A stretch of 64,000 nt of DNA, from NCBI RefSeq assembly GCF_006345805.1, contig NC_043020.1, positions 20,088,001 to 20,152,000 on the forward strand, written 5' to 3'. Below, piece by piece: positions 63,340-64,000 of this stretch. Positions within the stretch are counted from its first letter, which is position 1, and every line of letters begins with the position of its first letter. The DNA comes from Octopus sinensis. Its lineage: Eukaryota. The translations under genes were made by a program, and so were the position numbers. Under the pieces are notes generated by a model. The model saw nothing but the letters and a program-made list of their open reading frames with translations, was not told the DNA's origin and ran no database searches.

Positions 63340-63900
63340 ATTCCGATGTTCGGCCCCGGCTATAGATGATCATAACTTTCAGAAAAATGGATATTTTTTA
63401 ATGAAATTTTCTACGAATGTGTTATATCATGTAGATTCCGAAAACACAAAATTTTGGGGGCAAAGTGTTGTAGGAGAGGGTGGGGTGGAGAATTTCGGAA
63501 AATTCACCGGAGTCCATTTCAATTCGTCTGAATTTTCAAGAAAATTGATATTTTTTAATGAAATTCTCTACAAATATACCTCGGACTATGTAGAGTCTGT
63601 GGACATACGAATTTTGGGGAAAAACAATTGGCGGTGGTATTTCGGAACAAGTCGTCCGTATTTGTTTCATTTTCTGTTTTATGCGTTTGTGTAATTGAAA
63701 TTTTGAATGCCGTTTTGTTTTTTTGTAGATTCGGAATCTACGCAGTTGAAAAAGTGGGTTTCGGTAGAAAAAATACAACAAGAATAACCGAAAAGGCGTG
63801 CGGTCCATGTCCTTTACCTCCGCCGAAAATTTAATTACAAAATATCCATTTTCTGAAAGTTATGATCCTCCAAAGTTGGCGGGGCAGAAATCTGTAGTTA
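63340..63900. promoter_or_regulatory. CpG-enriched region, candidate NMD3 promoter or non-coding first exon (minus-strand donor gag|gtaaag at 63818/63817)
   Basis: CpG is visibly more frequent than in the rest of the non-TE DNA, and the region lies upstream of NMD3. No transcript evidence; it could instead be repeat-derived. Confidence 0.3.
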
Positions 63901-64000
63901 TGCCCAATGTTCAATAGATTTTGTAAAAGCCGTTTAGAAACATTTAGCCAGTACTGTTTTTTTTATTTTACAAAATGTTTGTTAAAATGGCTTTAGAAAA

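Overview
Eukaryotic, AT-rich genomic DNA dense in microsatellites and transposons. The SINE, LINE and MITE families resemble those of Octopus (cephalopod); this is my inference from recall, not a search. Two convergent, intron-rich genes can be assembled with consistent GT-AG sites and exon phases. (1) On +, a 5'-incomplete, markedly divergent Suppressor-of-fused (SUFU)-like gene: 8 coding exons, 3173-22964, about 389 aa plus stop. (2) On -, NMD3 (60S export adaptor): 14 coding exons, 55186-30842, with the short ATG exon not securely found. Most long ORFs in the supplied track are microsatellite or transposon artefacts. Introns and intergenic DNA hold a decayed R4/Dong-like LINE interrupted by a solo LTR, a near-complete RTE LINE with a PHD-like finger inside its RT, two mariner derivatives and piggyBac-type MITEs. 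They also hold two copies of a non-autonomous Helitron carrying a LINE-ORF1-like fragment, and a Merlin element with very long TIRs, an 8-bp TSD and one Helitron nested in its right TIR. Most notable observations: the divergent SUFU, a perfect 188-bp-arm palindrome in a SUFU intron, Penelope-type minimal hammerhead ribozyme cores, and the Merlin/Helitron composite. No rRNA, tRNA or CRISPR array was seen.
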